Shown: positions 63,735 to 64,000 of the stretch, one piece after another
Position numbering within the stretch: position 1 is the first letter of the stretch
How the letters are laid out: the number at the start of each line of letters is the position of its first letter
Assembly (NCBI GenBank): GCA_973895155.1
Contig: OZ316891.1
Location: 20,348,169-20,412,168 of the forward strand
Direction of reading: 5' to 3'
DNA length: 64,000 nucleotides
From: Marsupella aquatica
Lineage: Eukaryota; Plantae; Marchantiophyta
The notes under the pieces: generated by a model
What the model was told of the DNA's origin: nothing
Databases searched by the model: none
Seen by the model: only the letters and a program-made list of their open reading frames with translations
Program-made: the position numbers and the translations under genes

Positions 63735-64000
63735 TTAGGCGACAACGGTCACACAGCAGAGAGGTTCAAGGTCCTGCGCGTCAGTCCTAGCCGGGAATGA
63801 GTCGATGAACGATCGAACCCGTGCCTTCAACAGCGTTGGGTTGGTCTCGATCATCCATGTCCTTAACCCCCTTCCCACCAACACAAGCTTGCTTCCTACA
63901 GCACTCACTTTGGGATTATTTCTCAAGATGGTCACCCAGTCCAACTCTGCTAGCCCAGGCACAGTTTCCCAAGTAACATGCCTGGAAGGATGGAGGGTGT
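63735..64000 (-). CDS. C-terminal coding part of an F-box/kelch-repeat-like protein (5' part outside the window)
   Basis: Open frame to the window edge: WETVPGLAEL...PKVSAVGSKLVLVGRGLRTWMIE...LCCVTVVA*. This resembles the last kelch blades and closing C-terminal strand of plant F-box/kelch proteins. Confidence 0.6.
   Translation of the reverse strand, partial: TLHPSRHVTWETVPGLAELDWVTILRNNPKVSAVGSKLVLVGRGLRTWMIETNPTLLKARVRSFIDSFPARTDAQDLEPLCCVTVVA

Overview
Eukaryotic plant nuclear DNA with GT-AG introns. Long UTRs, intron style and protein divergence suggest a non-seed plant, possibly a liverwort or other bryophyte (inference). Left to right: (1) about 12 kb of repeat- and TE-derived non-coding DNA; (2) two co-oriented subgroup III(f)-like bHLH genes with bHLH-MYC_N domains (13997-18028 and 23694-25913, +); (3) a plastid-type serine hydroxymethyltransferase (27609-31144, -); (4) a very young full-length Ty1/copia element (33414-39872, -), with 403-bp LTRs differing at one base and TSD AACCT, nested in an older LTR; (5) a degenerate solo LTR of the same family; (6) a Trp/Tyr-permease-family transporter (43998-48964, +); (7) a 14-exon CESA (50507-56287, -); (8) the 3' end of an F-box/kelch-like gene at the right edge. 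The most notable observation is a pair of intact, tandem-duplicated, diverged 90-nt exons encoding one transmembrane helix of the aromatic amino acid transporter, a candidate for mutually exclusive splicing. Also notable: two in-frame stops flanking the zinc knuckle of the young copia element, an array of MYB AC-elements in its LTRs, and asymmetric divergence of the bHLH pair. All exon models were built by eye from splice signals and family motifs.
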